The translations under genes were made by a program, and so were the position numbers. The notes below the pieces were generated by a model. That model worked only from the letters and a program-made list of their open reading frames with translations, was not told the origin of the DNA and searched no databases. A stretch of DNA of 64,000 nucleotides from a virus, in IMG/VR virus record IMGVR_UViG_3300032397_000001; one strand, 5' to 3'. Shown piece after piece: positions 9,774-20,335 of this stretch. Within the stretch, counting starts at the first letter, position 1; each line of letters opens with the position of its first letter.

Positions 9774-12200
9774 ATGGGAATTGTATTACTTGGGTATGTT
9801 GAGGGTCGAACCTTTGGTGCATGGCGTGGAAATGACATCAAGGAGGGATATTTCTGGAGTTGCTATCAATGCATAGGTTTTAATGAATATATTGTTCAAT
9901 ACCTTCCTAATATTATTGAGGGATATTTCTGGAGTTGCTATCAATGCATAGGTTTTAATGAATATATTGTTCAATACCTTCCTAATATTATTGAGATGAT
10001 ACCAAACCAGGAAGGTATTCAAGTATCATGTAGGCCCACCTCTTTAGCATCATTGGCAAACTCAATTTTATATACTCCACTTGGAAGTGAATGCATTCAC
10101 GGATCTTGGAATGTTCTTCATAGTCAAATAAATAAGACTGTAATCATCCCTGTTCCATTAGCTCTTAATGGATTTGAATTTCCAAGATTCATAGGTTCAG
10201 GAATTAGTAAACAGCCCTCTCAAGTTTTTAATGTTCCATTAATTGAAGGTGTACTTGTTGAGCAGTTTAATCCTGTTATAATACGAGACTCTGATTTATC
10301 ATTTACTAATGTAATTCCAACGGGATTTGCAGATCGTCCTATAATAGAGTCAAGAGTAAATGATCTTATACTTTCTGTTTCTTTACCTCTCTTTATAACA
10401 AGTTCTTTAGCACATTCTGATATCTCAATGATTCAATATATGTCAGGATCTGTAGGAGAATATATTGTAAAGGTTCGAGTAAATGATCTTATTGAAGGGC
10501 TGCAGATTTCTCAATGGGTTAGTTTTGAAGTATTAGATCATCCTGCAACCTTTATTCACGAGTTGGGTTTAGACATAACCAATTTCACTCTACTATTTTC
10601 TTTTACTATCCCTTCTGAAATTGAGCCTAGAGTTCCCTTCGGTAAGGAAGATTCTGATCCTGCAATATTATGGTATGACCCTCCGCCAGCACCTATTCCA
10701 TCTATTTTACCGATTCTCAAAGTTATTCAATTTGATATTCTGATTGATGGCATATCATGTAGGAATAGACTTTCCGGTGCAAGTATCACTCAACAAGAGT
10801 CTGACATTTTAACACATGTTGAATTAGTTTTCAAGGATACTACTTTCTTCAGTCAGTGTAGCATTACTGCAGGATCGGGGCCAGGAACCGAACGAATTAC
10901 TGTTCGAGTAGGTGAAGATATTACTGATCCTAATAGACATACATTATATAAATTTTTACTTGAGGAAAGATCTGCTTCTGAAGCGGGTTTACAGTTTACT
11001 GTTTGGGGGAGATCGAAGGCAGCTATTCTCACAGAACCATTTAGCCCTACAATTACTAAGACTTATGAGAATATGAATGCGAGTACAATTGTGAGTGATC
11101 TTGCAGGAAGCATTCCAATAGTTTGGGGTATTGATGATCATGTGCATTATGAGTTTAACGTTGATGGTTATCCCTTAGATGCGATCCAACAATTGGCTGA
11201 AGTGATAGGAGGTGTTGTTAGAGCAACGCCTGAAGGAAGTCTTGTAGTTCGTCGAAAGTTTCCAGCACGTCCTAGAGATTTGATAAGAGGTGATATTGTT
11301 ACTGGAAATGTTTTGGATAGGTACTCAGCTATTGTAGAAGCTGATTATTCCGAGGAGCAACCTCAGTATAATGCAGTTGATGTCTTAGGAGGTGGAAAGT
11401 ATTCATCTTGGGATTTTTCCATAGAAGCTGAGAATGATTGTATCGAACCAGGAACACCTGCTTTCTTTAAGGTGTATCACTCTCCAGGGATTACTATATA
11501 TAATCCTAACGAATCTGGTGTTGTAGGGTATCAAGTTTGTACTACAATTTCATTGGCTGAAGTTAACAATCTCAATGTAGTGGAAACTATTACAGATGAA
11601 TATATCGATATTATAAATGAAGCTGGAAGTTTGAATCGTGAGTGTTTTAGATTAATTTCTACTGAATGGCATGGGACTCCTAAAGGGTCGCAGTGTATTG
11701 AACCTGATGATATAGAAATTACGATTACCGGAAAGGATATTTCAGTTCCCAATGTTTTGACAGGCCGTTTAAAGGTAAGCTATGAAACACAATATGACCG
11801 ATTCAAAATTCAGTATGATCAGGAAGCTGATATCCTTATAGGTATATTGGCACCTGAACATGAGGGTATTTATATTCGTGTTATCATGCAAGGGACGCCT
11901 GGAGATAAGTTAGGACCTGAAATTCAAGATGATCTTATAACTAACGAGAATATGGCGGTTCTAAGGGGTCAATCTTTTCTTGATGATATGTACTACCGCA
12001 AACATAAGTGGACGCTTAAGATTCCTTTCTATCTACCTCAAGGTTTATTTGATGGCAGTATTGTTAGAATGGAAGATGACTTTTGGGGGTTAGTAGGTAA
12101 TGCTATAATTAGGCAGGCAGATATTTCCTTTGACCTAGAAGAGGAAGATGTTCATAAGATCTGGCAGAATTTAGAGGTTCATATGTTTTCTTATCCATGA
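9774..12200 (+). CDS. Putative baseplate hub / tail protein
   Basis: 808 aa; segments FTVWGRSKAAIL and PLDAIQQLAEVIGGVVRATPEGSLVVR resemble phage hub proteins. Confidence 0.55.
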   Translation: MGIVLLGYVEGRTFGAWRGNDIKEGYFWSCYQCIGFNEYIVQYLPNIIEGYFWSCYQCIGFNEYIVQYLPNIIEMIPNQEGIQVSCRPTSLASLANSILYTPLGSECIHGSWNVLHSQINKTVIIPVPLALNGFEFPRFIGSGISKQPSQVFNVPLIEGVLVEQFNPVIIRDSDLSFTNVIPTGFADRPIIESRVNDLILSVSLPLFITSSLAHSDISMIQYMSGSVGEYIVKVRVNDLIEGLQISQWVSFEVLDHPATFIHELGLDITNFTLLFSFTIPSEIEPRVPFGKEDSDPAILWYDPPPAPIPSILPILKVIQFDILIDGISCRNRLSGASITQQESDILTHVELVFKDTTFFSQCSITAGSGPGTERITVRVGEDITDPNRHTLYKFLLEERSASEAGLQFTVWGRSKAAILTEPFSPTITKTYENMNASTIVSDLAGSIPIVWGIDDHVHYEFNVDGYPLDAIQQLAEVIGGVVRATPEGSLVVRRKFPARPRDLIRGDIVTGNVLDRYSAIVEADYSEEQPQYNAVDVLGGGKYSSWDFSIEAENDCIEPGTPAFFKVYHSPGITIYNPNESGVVGYQVCTTISLAEVNNLNVVETITDEYIDIINEAGSLNRECFRLISTEWHGTPKGSQCIEPDDIEITITGKDISVPNVLTGRLKVSYETQYDRFKIQYDQEADILIGILAPEHEGIYIRVIMQGTPGDKLGPEIQDDLITNENMAVLRGQSFLDDMYYRKHKWTLKIPFYLPQGLFDGSIVRMEDDFWGLVGNAIIRQADISFDLEEEDVHKIWQNLEVHMFSYP
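9843..9995 (+). repeat. Perfect in-frame 75-bp tandem duplication
   Basis: gagggatatttctgg...aatattatt x2; peptide EGYFWSCYQCIGFNEYIVQYLPNII x2. Confidence 0.95.
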
Positions 12201-12207
12201 GGTTGTT

Positions 12208-12438
12208 ATGATACAACTCAGTCCGTTAAAGAAGCAACTCAGTAAAGGAAAAGTAATTGGGATGACTGCAGGGCGGTATCTTGTTCAGGTAGGGCAGGGA
12301 ACCGTTATGGCTTACAGTAAATCCAAATATATTGTAGGTGATTCAGTTGTACTAGCACTCATGGATAAAACGTTTCAAATCATATCTGACCACCGAATGG
12401 TGTCTAGACAAATAAAGGAGGTTTACATCGATGGCTGA
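12208..12438 (+). CDS. Small tail-associated protein (OB-fold-like)
   Basis: 76 aa; GKVIG...YLVQV...YIVGDSVVL pattern. Confidence 0.45.
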   Translation: MIQLSPLKKQLSKGKVIGMTAGRYLVQVGQGTVMAYSKSKYIVGDSVVLALMDKTFQIISDHRMVSRQIKEVYIDG

Positions 12439-13021
12439 TCAAAAAGAAGTTGTCAAAGGCAATATAACTGTAACATTTTCATACAAATGTTTATCGACGT
12501 CGAGCATCTCTATTGAGCTTGATGACAAAAAGAATAATGACAAGACTTGTTTCTTATTTGGTGAAACAGTCTACTTTAAGGTATATACAATACCCTCGGA
12601 TATGAATCTGGCAATTTTTTCCAGTGCAGGCAGCGTTGACTTGTCTGGCAGTCAGACAACCGAAACCGTTCGAGGTACTGTTCAGGAGTTTATTGATGAA
12701 ATCACTGCAACAGTAAACAAACCTATCATTGACGGTCCGAACAATGTACTTTGGTTTGGAAATGATTGGGGTCCTCTGGTCAAGGTTGATGAAGGCTCAT
12801 TCAAAGCATCGGGTGCAGAAAACCTTGATGATCCAGATAATGCACGAGTAAATCTCGAACATATAGCTTGCTGCATCTTCAATTATGGAACTTCATATAG
12901 ATCTGGTTCCCTGTCCAATGTTGGTGAAAACCTTAATGATAATATTTCAGATCTTGAAGTATCTGTGATTGTGTATGTGGTGGAAACGACTGAGGGTGGT
13001 ATAGTAAATCCTTACGTGTAG
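12431..13021 (+). CDS. Tail/baseplate protein, paralog of 13031
   Basis: ITVTF..SIELDDKKNNDKTCFLFGETVYFKVY aligns with LTVTY..TLQLDDVKNVGKTSFAPGDIAYIRVY of the next gene. Confidence 0.55.
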   Translation: MADQKEVVKGNITVTFSYKCLSTSSISIELDDKKNNDKTCFLFGETVYFKVYTIPSDMNLAIFSSAGSVDLSGSQTTETVRGTVQEFIDEITATVNKPIIDGPNNVLWFGNDWGPLVKVDEGSFKASGAENLDDPDNARVNLEHIACCIFNYGTSYRSGSLSNVGENLNDNISDLEVSVIVYVVETTEGGIVNPYV

Positions 13022-13030
13022 GATAAGTTT

Positions 13031-13891
13031 ATGGCTCAAAGTGAACTTGCAAAAGCAACGTTAACAGTAACGTATAAAGAGGTCTGTGAAGCCACTAATA
13101 AAGGTTTCACACTTCAACTGGATGACGTTAAGAATGTTGGTAAAACGTCATTCGCTCCAGGTGATATTGCTTACATTCGAGTTTATCCGGGAGGGTTCAG
13201 ACCGGATCGATACATCACAATGGGTAATTCGACGTCTGTAGGTTCCGGAGTAGATGAGATTGATGATGAGTGTGTAACGTTTGTGCGGTCTGATAGTGGA
13301 TCAAAGCAGTACTATAGTGAAAGATGTTCCTTCGAATGGTTGGGTAGATATCGAATTGTTGATAATCGTGATAGTAAAAATATTTATAAAGATTCTGATT
13401 CTGATTCTAAGGGAGGATCATCAAGTTCTGGGTTCTCTACGGAGTTCGTTAAGGTAAGGTTTGACGGGTGGGATATTTATGTGTCTGAAGTAGTTTCGGG
13501 AATAATGAAATTGACTTATGATGCTCTATATGATCTTTGGTCTTTAACATGTAGTGAAGAAGCTACAGTTCTGGTAGAAGCTGAGTTGCTCGGGCACCCC
13601 AAATTTGGTGATATGTATGGAAGTATTATTGTTGACTTTACTGCAGAAACAACAATTCGAGATTGCTTCATTACGGTAAAGGATGCTTGTACTGGATCTA
13701 TTGTTGCGGGGGCATCTATAGGATTAGGTACACCTGGAGGAGTAAAAAGCTTTGTTACTGATGCTGCAGGGCGTGCTCATGTAGGCCAATTGATGACAGG
13801 TGCCTCCTATCCTATTGATGTGTCTGCATATGGATATCAAAGCTCGAATGCTGATCGCTTAGCTAATGACTCTATCACAATTCAAGGTTAA
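13031..13891 (+). CDS. Tail/baseplate protein with C-terminal carboxypeptidase-regulatory-like (prealbumin-fold) domain
   Basis: C-terminus ITVKDACTGSIVAGASI...TDAAGRAHV...YPIDVSAYGY. Confidence 0.55.
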   Translation: MAQSELAKATLTVTYKEVCEATNKGFTLQLDDVKNVGKTSFAPGDIAYIRVYPGGFRPDRYITMGNSTSVGSGVDEIDDECVTFVRSDSGSKQYYSERCSFEWLGRYRIVDNRDSKNIYKDSDSDSKGGSSSSGFSTEFVKVRFDGWDIYVSEVVSGIMKLTYDALYDLWSLTCSEEATVLVEAELLGHPKFGDMYGSIIVDFTAETTIRDCFITVKDACTGSIVAGASIGLGTPGGVKSFVTDAAGRAHVGQLMTGASYPIDVSAYGYQSSNADRLANDSITIQG

Positions 13892-13896
13892 AATAT

Positions 13897-16023
13897 ATGT
13901 CTGATGCTTGTGTTCAGCAAAGTCTTAGTTCTGTAGACTTAACTGTTTATCTCGAGAGGGACAGCTTTTGGTCAAATGGTGTTATGGACGGTCGCTTCAA
14001 ATGCAAGACGTCCATTGAGGAAACCTATCCAGAGAAGGAGAAAGAACAGGAGCGGGTTCCTTTCTCTATGGCAATAATGAGTGAAACTATAAGTTTCAAC
14101 AATAGTGATACTGCGCACTTAAGTGCAATCTATTTAGGTCCTGCAAATAAAAGAGGAGCTCCATATCGGTGGTTATTTAATATACAAGAGTATGAAACGA
14201 AGACAGAGTGGTATAAAGATAAAGAGGCTTCAACATTTCCTCCTGTTTGGAAACATCGATTTACGAAAACTTTAAAGCTCGCGCCTAGTGTAACTCTTTC
14301 TGAAGGTAGCAATGAAGTAAAATTAGATTCGCCTTCGACTGGACGTTTGCAGGTAATGTACAAGTATGATACTTCTCCTGCATACGTTGCAAAGAGAGCC
14401 AAACGTGCAACAGCAGATCCTGTAGAAATTAGCGTCCCCCTAAACGCTAAAGGATACGATGCGACAGCCAATGAGTTTGAAGTATTTTTGGTTCCTAATG
14501 ATAAGGACGAGATTGGATGTTTGCTGTGTAATCCGCTTACTAGTGGTCCAAAGAAACCTTGGAAGGATAAAAGCTCTTCTTATGAATTGGCAGATGAACT
14601 TGCAGCTCATCTGAATTGGGCCAGAGCTACTCATCCTGAATTATGTCCTGGCGGTTCTGCTCTTGAAGTTGAATACTACTTAATGCAGAGTGCTCAACAC
14701 TATGCTGGTGTAATCAATATGCAGAATCCGATTAGTGGATGGACACAAGAAGGAACGATCACAGGATATCATTCCGAGGATGGAGGAAATTTTGAAGCCC
14801 GAATCGGTATATGGTATTATCAAGAAGAATATTACTGTGTCAAAGGAGAATCCGTCGCAATCATAACTGAGATCATTCCTGTAAATCAAAGTTTTACACA
14901 ATTGGCTGGAGAAGCATTAGCTAACAAATTAACTGAATTTTGGGGCGGGGCTGATCATACAATATATAATCCGATGTTTGATAGGCTTGGTTGTGGTATC
15001 GTTGAATCAACAGTTGCACCATTTAATTTTGTTATTATTGGCCCATATCAAATAAAGCGTACAATCGTAGTTGCTCACTTTGTAGGATTCCCAGGCGTTG
15101 ACGTTCCAACTACTTATGAACTCATTCCTGAAATAAGAGATCCATGTTCTCTAGACTGTACAAAGAAGATTGAATGGTATCAAGACTTCTACGAAACAGA
15201 AGAATACGTTTTTGACGAAGGAATGAAGACTGTTAAGCATCCTTTGGAGAATCTTGTGATCCCTTTAAAGCAAATTCCTTTCATCTGTGGAATGAGAAAG
15301 ATTGTTTTGATTGCTGAAGAGAGTGGAGTAAAGGGTGAATATATTCCTCCCTTCGGTAGTTTACAGCCAGTCCCATTAGATGGTTCGATGCAGGTTCTTG
15401 GAGTTGAAGAATTGGAATTTCGTTTAAATCTATCTAATATCGCACCGCCTCTTATTCCTGGGGAGTGGATTGCTTTTGTAGCAGAAGTGGGTATACTTAA
15501 TCCGCCTTGGAGTGAGTGTAATTATATCGTGATTGCTGAGGGATGGTTTGAAACTAAATGCCTCACTTCAGGATTCGTTATTGGAAGTGGGCTAATTGAA
15601 CAACAGCAAGACACTGATGATGAAGGCAATCCAAAATTAGATTCTCATCGTAAACCCATTATGAAACTCGTTGTTATTGAAGGTGGTGAAGATTACGCTC
15701 TGGATACAAGGTGGATTGGTGATGAGCGTATGAGTTGGTATTTACAATTTAAGATGGAGAAGTTTTGGATACGCCCCAGTGATTACGCCCGATATAGTTT
15801 AGGACAAAGGGTTTTCATTTACAAAAATGGATTTACTCCTGTGAATGAAGGGTCAGGAGTAGCTTTAAAATTAGAAGCTGGATGTCGTTCTCATTCCATT
15901 CAGCAGACTATGGAAACGGAAAATCGACTGGAACCGTTGTCTTTCAGTGATGTATCATATGAACTCGATATAGAGAAGGACATAGTTGTTCCTGAGAAAC
16001 TTGCAACGGTTATAGGATGGTAA
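13897..16023 (+). CDS. Tail/baseplate protein with degenerate CAP/SCP-like domain
   Basis: 708 aa; LNWARA...LMQSAQHYA...GYHS...GESVA...IYNPMFDRLGCGIV at ~14600-15000. Confidence 0.5.
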   Translation: MSDACVQQSLSSVDLTVYLERDSFWSNGVMDGRFKCKTSIEETYPEKEKEQERVPFSMAIMSETISFNNSDTAHLSAIYLGPANKRGAPYRWLFNIQEYETKTEWYKDKEASTFPPVWKHRFTKTLKLAPSVTLSEGSNEVKLDSPSTGRLQVMYKYDTSPAYVAKRAKRATADPVEISVPLNAKGYDATANEFEVFLVPNDKDEIGCLLCNPLTSGPKKPWKDKSSSYELADELAAHLNWARATHPELCPGGSALEVEYYLMQSAQHYAGVINMQNPISGWTQEGTITGYHSEDGGNFEARIGIWYYQEEYYCVKGESVAIITEIIPVNQSFTQLAGEALANKLTEFWGGADHTIYNPMFDRLGCGIVESTVAPFNFVIIGPYQIKRTIVVAHFVGFPGVDVPTTYELIPEIRDPCSLDCTKKIEWYQDFYETEEYVFDEGMKTVKHPLENLVIPLKQIPFICGMRKIVLIAEESGVKGEYIPPFGSLQPVPLDGSMQVLGVEELEFRLNLSNIAPPLIPGEWIAFVAEVGILNPPWSECNYIVIAEGWFETKCLTSGFVIGSGLIEQQQDTDDEGNPKLDSHRKPIMKLVVIEGGEDYALDTRWIGDERMSWYLQFKMEKFWIRPSDYARYSLGQRVFIYKNGFTPVNEGSGVALKLEAGCRSHSIQQTMETENRLEPLSFSDVSYELDIEKDIVVPEKLATVIGW

Positions 16024-16024
16024 G

Positions 16025-19003
16025 ATGCCTCGAATAGAGCACAGAGACGTTTTGTTTTCTGTATCGTCGAGATATTTTTGGGCTCGGATAGATGAAATCA
16101 ATTCTGATGATGACACAGCTGATATTGTTCTAGTTGATTCGAATTCTGAAGACATGTTAGATCCTGAGACAGGAGATCCAATTCTGATTGAAGATGTTCC
16201 TATATTTTTCCATTGTGATCCTGATCCTATTCAACGACCTAATCTCGCGTTAGAAGGAGGTTCAGCAGCGTTTGATATTGACGATATTGTTTACTGTAGG
16301 AAGTCTCAAGGCTCATTTATCAAACCTTTTGTCATTGCTAATTCAGTCTTAAAGAGTTGTGAACCTCCAGGGTTAATCATTGCAACTCCTTCTGGCTTGA
16401 TTCACATGGATCCTATTTCAGCTAATCCTCCTGCTGATTATTTCAGGCAAGACTTCTATATGCGTTGGATAGGCAACAACCGAAAGCATCCTTTAGTTCA
16501 GAGAACAGTGGGAGAATTCTTCTTAGATACACCATGTATTACAATGGATGGTAATGTTGATAAGTGGGCCTATGAAAACAATAAAAGACGTGTAGCAATA
16601 GGTGAAGAAGCTAAGCATGAAGGATTTGCTAAAGCATTCGCCCAAATCAATATGACTACATATAACATGCAGCATCCCATTTTAACTTGTGATCCGAAAA
16701 CATGGTCAAGTACCGCTGGAATTTTCGAGCAACACCAAGCTATCTATTATATGAAAGACTATGCAATCCTGTTTGACAAAATGTTTGATCTTGCAGGAGC
16801 AAGTGACGGCTGGGGGAGACTTGGCATCACTTACGGTAAAACGCAACCTATAGATCGCTCTGATGATGACCCTGAAACCGCTGCATTAAGCTTCCCCATT
16901 GTTTTCCCAGGCACTAATTATGGAGAGAGAGCACAGACACCTAACCCAATTATTAGTGGTAGTGCTAGATTTTTCAAGTGGGTAAACGACGAGAGAAAGA
17001 ACTTTCATTTAATTCACGAGCTTAATATAAATTCTGATTTGAACGCCTGTGCACAATCGTATGCTTCTTATTGTGCAACGAATATGTGTCTCGCACATGA
17101 TTGTGATGGACGAACTCCTGGTGAGAGAGTAAGTGATTATATTGATCCTTGGCATCTCGTAGGAGAAGTTGTTGTTGCAATTCCTGGTCAAGATCCTCCT
17201 TTATCTCTCAACGATGTAATCGATGCTATGTGGATTGGATGGACAGAAAGTGAACTTCATTATGCTGGGCTAATGAACCCTCAAATGAATCACATTGGAT
17301 TTGGGTATGCGTTCAATGCTGGTTGGGGTGCTAATGGTATGTATATAGGTGTTGCCTTAATGCTTAAGAAGATAAGCAAAGGCACATGTGAAAGAGCATA
17401 CGCGGCACCTTCATATGAAGGTGACAGATCACCTAATCCGTATCCAATTAATCTAACAGCTTTTTCCCCGCTAGTTACTGAAGCGCATCCACCTAGGTTA
17501 AGCCTCCTGTATGGTGGTGACTCAATCATTAATAGTTACAAAGCCTTCAGTGCATTTAGTAGGAGACCTAGTTCAACTTACTTATATGGAATCAATATTG
17601 AAGCAGACAGAGTATTATATGACCCAGATGATCCAGCTCAGACGTACATCTTAAGGATGTATGGATCATGTTGTGAAATTAGTCCATCGAGCTTTGCCCT
17701 AACTCCAGGCAATTCCAATCAACAGTTCAGTGATACTGAGTACTATTACAATGATTTGATACTTTGGGCATTAGGAACATATATGTGGTTTCCTGGATAT
17801 ATACCAATTCCAACCTATCCACCTCCATGGTGGCAAACCCCTCCCATTCCCAGAACATTAATTCCTGAAGGAAGGGAATACTTTGAATATCATCCCAGCG
17901 GAAGTTCATTCGTTAAGTTTGATATACGAGGGCATACTCCACAAGAGCTTTACGTTGATGATAACCTTGTTGATTCTGGATTCGATCCTCTTGATCCTCC
18001 AATCATAGAAGGAGATGGTTCTCTCATCACGAGAACTCTATTTAGAAACTCAGCCAGAGTTGCCATTAAATCTCTTACTAGTATTCAACCTTTATCTGTA
18101 TTCCGAACTTGCACAACAAATTATACAGCTGTACTTTACTCCAAAAGTGAAACAAATCTTATCTCCTCAATCAATCAAGTGTGCCATAGCAATCGACTCT
18201 TAGCCTATTATTTTGAAACTGTTATAACTACTTATCTCGCTCTCATTTGCAACGATTCAGTTGTTGATAGAGTTCAATTGCAATCATTCCCTTCACATAA
18301 TTTAAACGATGACACAGCACCTTCATGCGGAGGAGGCATCCCCAAAACCATTTCATGGCGAGCAGATAGTATTCAAGAGAATTTCATTTTTCTTTTTGAT
18401 GGTTGCATTTCTGATATAACAATATCATATGTCAATCCTGATGATAATGTATTATACTCTTATGCATATGAAGACATCGAACTTGGTCCTTGTCCTGTAG
18501 CATTCAAGAATATAGAGCGTTATCAGGGCTTAGTAGAGATTGCTTTTGGTCAGCCAGCTCCCATTCGCAACGTCAATTGTACTTCCAGAGTATCTTCCAA
18601 ATCTGAACCCGCTGAGCCTTGGAGCTATACTTTTTATTGGTCCTTCATTCATTACAATGAGTACGAAGAATTTATTATCCCTCATTCCTTAAATGGTTTT
18701 GTATCCTTATCTCATTCAATTTCTATGTCTGAAGATGGAACCTATATTTTAGTATCAAACACTCCTATGGATGTAACTTTAATTCCATATATAAATTCAA
18801 TCCCAGGCGACCCTAATTTTTGTGATGACGTTTACTCTTATATCATCTCGACAGATCCATCTGAATGGACAATTGACTTTCCTGACAAAGAACGTCCTAA
18901 ATCAGTGGTTCAATTATTTAATAACAATCTAGAACCTTTAACTGATCCTATCTTAACAGGTCAAACATCCAAAGGGATGGGAGAGTATTGTATAGTAAAT
19001 TAA
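16025..19003 (+). CDS. Large tail spike / receptor-binding-like protein with CAP/SCP domain
   Basis: 992 aa; OB-like N-terminus; CAP motifs VNDER...LNACAQSYA...LAHD...GEVV...WTESELHYAGLMNPQMNHIGFGY at ~16970-17360; last gene of the tail operon. Confidence 0.6.
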   Translation: MPRIEHRDVLFSVSSRYFWARIDEINSDDDTADIVLVDSNSEDMLDPETGDPILIEDVPIFFHCDPDPIQRPNLALEGGSAAFDIDDIVYCRKSQGSFIKPFVIANSVLKSCEPPGLIIATPSGLIHMDPISANPPADYFRQDFYMRWIGNNRKHPLVQRTVGEFFLDTPCITMDGNVDKWAYENNKRRVAIGEEAKHEGFAKAFAQINMTTYNMQHPILTCDPKTWSSTAGIFEQHQAIYYMKDYAILFDKMFDLAGASDGWGRLGITYGKTQPIDRSDDDPETAALSFPIVFPGTNYGERAQTPNPIISGSARFFKWVNDERKNFHLIHELNINSDLNACAQSYASYCATNMCLAHDCDGRTPGERVSDYIDPWHLVGEVVVAIPGQDPPLSLNDVIDAMWIGWTESELHYAGLMNPQMNHIGFGYAFNAGWGANGMYIGVALMLKKISKGTCERAYAAPSYEGDRSPNPYPINLTAFSPLVTEAHPPRLSLLYGGDSIINSYKAFSAFSRRPSSTYLYGINIEADRVLYDPDDPAQTYILRMYGSCCEISPSSFALTPGNSNQQFSDTEYYYNDLILWALGTYMWFPGYIPIPTYPPPWWQTPPIPRTLIPEGREYFEYHPSGSSFVKFDIRGHTPQELYVDDNLVDSGFDPLDPPIIEGDGSLITRTLFRNSARVAIKSLTSIQPLSVFRTCTTNYTAVLYSKSETNLISSINQVCHSNRLLAYYFETVITTYLALICNDSVVDRVQLQSFPSHNLNDDTAPSCGGGIPKTISWRADSIQENFIFLFDGCISDITISYVNPDDNVLYSYAYEDIELGPCPVAFKNIERYQGLVEIAFGQPAPIRNVNCTSRVSSKSEPAEPWSYTFYWSFIHYNEYEEFIIPHSLNGFVSLSHSISMSEDGTYILVSNTPMDVTLIPYINSIPGDPNFCDDVYSYIISTDPSEWTIDFPDKERPKSVVQLFNNNLEPLTDPILTGQTSKGMGEYCIVN

Positions 19004-19048
19004 ATTAAATATAGCTTGTTGATTAAGGAGTTGTCTAGCTAACAACCT

Positions 19049-19440
19049 TATAAATACCTCATATTTCCTTCCTATACACACACAGCATAAATACCTCATA
19101 AATACCTCATAAATACCTTAACTTTCTCCACTTATTTAGGCTAACGCTAACGCTAACGCTATAAATACCTCTTATTTAGTTAAGCTAACGCTAACGCTAT
19201 AAATACCTCTTATTTAGTTAAGCTAAGGCTAAAGCTAAAGCTAACGTTAAAGCTAAGCTAACGCTATAAATACCTCTTATTTAGTTAAGCTAACGTTAAA
19301 GCTAAAGCTAAAGCTAACGTTAAAGCTAAAGCTAAAGCTAACGCTAAATAAATACCTCTTATTTAGTTAAGCTAACGCTAACGTTAACGCTAAAGCTAAA
19401 GCTAAATAAATACCTCATAAATACCTCTTATTATGGCTAA
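19049..19440. repeat. Repeat array A: ~10 ATAAATACCTC units interleaved with GCTAAC/GCTAAA hexamer runs
   Basis: Units at 19050, 19087, 19098, 19109, 19161, 19199, 19266, 19348, 19406, 19417; four carry the dyad TAAATA-CCTCT-TATTTA. Confidence 0.95.
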
Positions 19441-19477
19441 AAAGCTGTTTGGGAATGTAAATATTGGGCGCCAAATG

Positions 19478-19508
19478 ATGGCCTCCCGCTGGGGGGGAGC
19501 GGGGCCGT
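19478..19508. other. GC-rich imperfect hairpin with G7 loop
   Basis: atggcctcccgct-ggggggg-agcggggccgt in AT-rich context. Confidence 0.6.
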
Positions 19509-19704
19509 AAAGTCTATGTTTTATATAGAAATTTCTAGAATCTTTTAGTCTAGAGTTTGAGGTAAATAGGCGCTATTTGAGGTATGTATATTATATGTGA
19601 TTATGCGAATATCGATATATAGGAGGTATTTATCATTGAAAATATCATCATTATGAGTAATAGAGAAGGGTACTTTGTTTATTAACTACGAAAGGAGAAG
19701 TGCT

Positions 19705-19965
19705 ATGGAGAAAGAAGAGTTAGATCCTAATCTCAGTTTAACGAAAGGAGAATCTATGAAAGAAGACATTCAGATTCAAGAACAGTTCGTTAACCAGTAC
19801 AAGGTAACACTCGATGAGTACAAGCAGCGGGATGGCTTTTCAGAAATCTGGATCTGTGTTCGAGAGTTATCATCATTCGGAAGATGGATTCCTTCAAGAG
19901 ATTACGTCGCTGTCAAGTTCAGGAGATGGCTTGCTGATGGGTTAAGGTTGAGAAACATCTATTAA
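19705..19965 (+). CDS. Hypothetical protein
   Basis: ATG with aaaggag RBS; second RBS/ATG at 19756. Confidence 0.6.
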   Translation: MEKEELDPNLSLTKGESMKEDIQIQEQFVNQYKVTLDEYKQRDGFSEIWICVRELSSFGRWIPSRDYVAVKFRRWLADGLRLRNIY

Positions 19966-19967
19966 CA

Positions 19968-20294
19968 ATGACCACAACCAGAGAAGAATGGAGGTACAAG
20001 ATGAACAAATTAAAACTTATCGATTCAATGAGGCAATCAATCGAGGGAATGGTTAACAAACTTATCGAGGAGTATGGTGACAATTCAGGGCTCTTCGACG
20101 TGATTATTCGTCGTCAACATGTCAAAGGTTGTAAAGATGTCGAAGAAGGAATTGATGTCTTTGTATCTGTTGAGGTTGGTCGTGAATTCGTTGAGCTAGT
20201 TGATGACTCATGGGCCGTTGAAGAGGAATGGTACAATCAAATACCATACAAACATAAAAGTGCTTACAATCTGTGGAGAAAGTTACTGTGGTAG
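19968..20294 (+). CDS. Hypothetical protein
   Basis: ORF track; RBS ggaggt favours start at 20001. Confidence 0.6.
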   Translation: MTTTREEWRYKMNKLKLIDSMRQSIEGMVNKLIEEYGDNSGLFDVIIRRQHVKGCKDVEEGIDVFVSVEVGREFVELVDDSWAVEEEWYNQIPYKHKSAYNLWRKLLW

Positions 20295-20335
20295 AAATGA
20301 CTAAACTTTTTAACATTCAATGGAGGTGATTAAAA

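Noticed and set aside
19049-19275. T4-type late promoters (TATAAATA)
   Set aside because: The matches lie within repeat units far from a gene start, and nothing else indicates T4-like late transcription.
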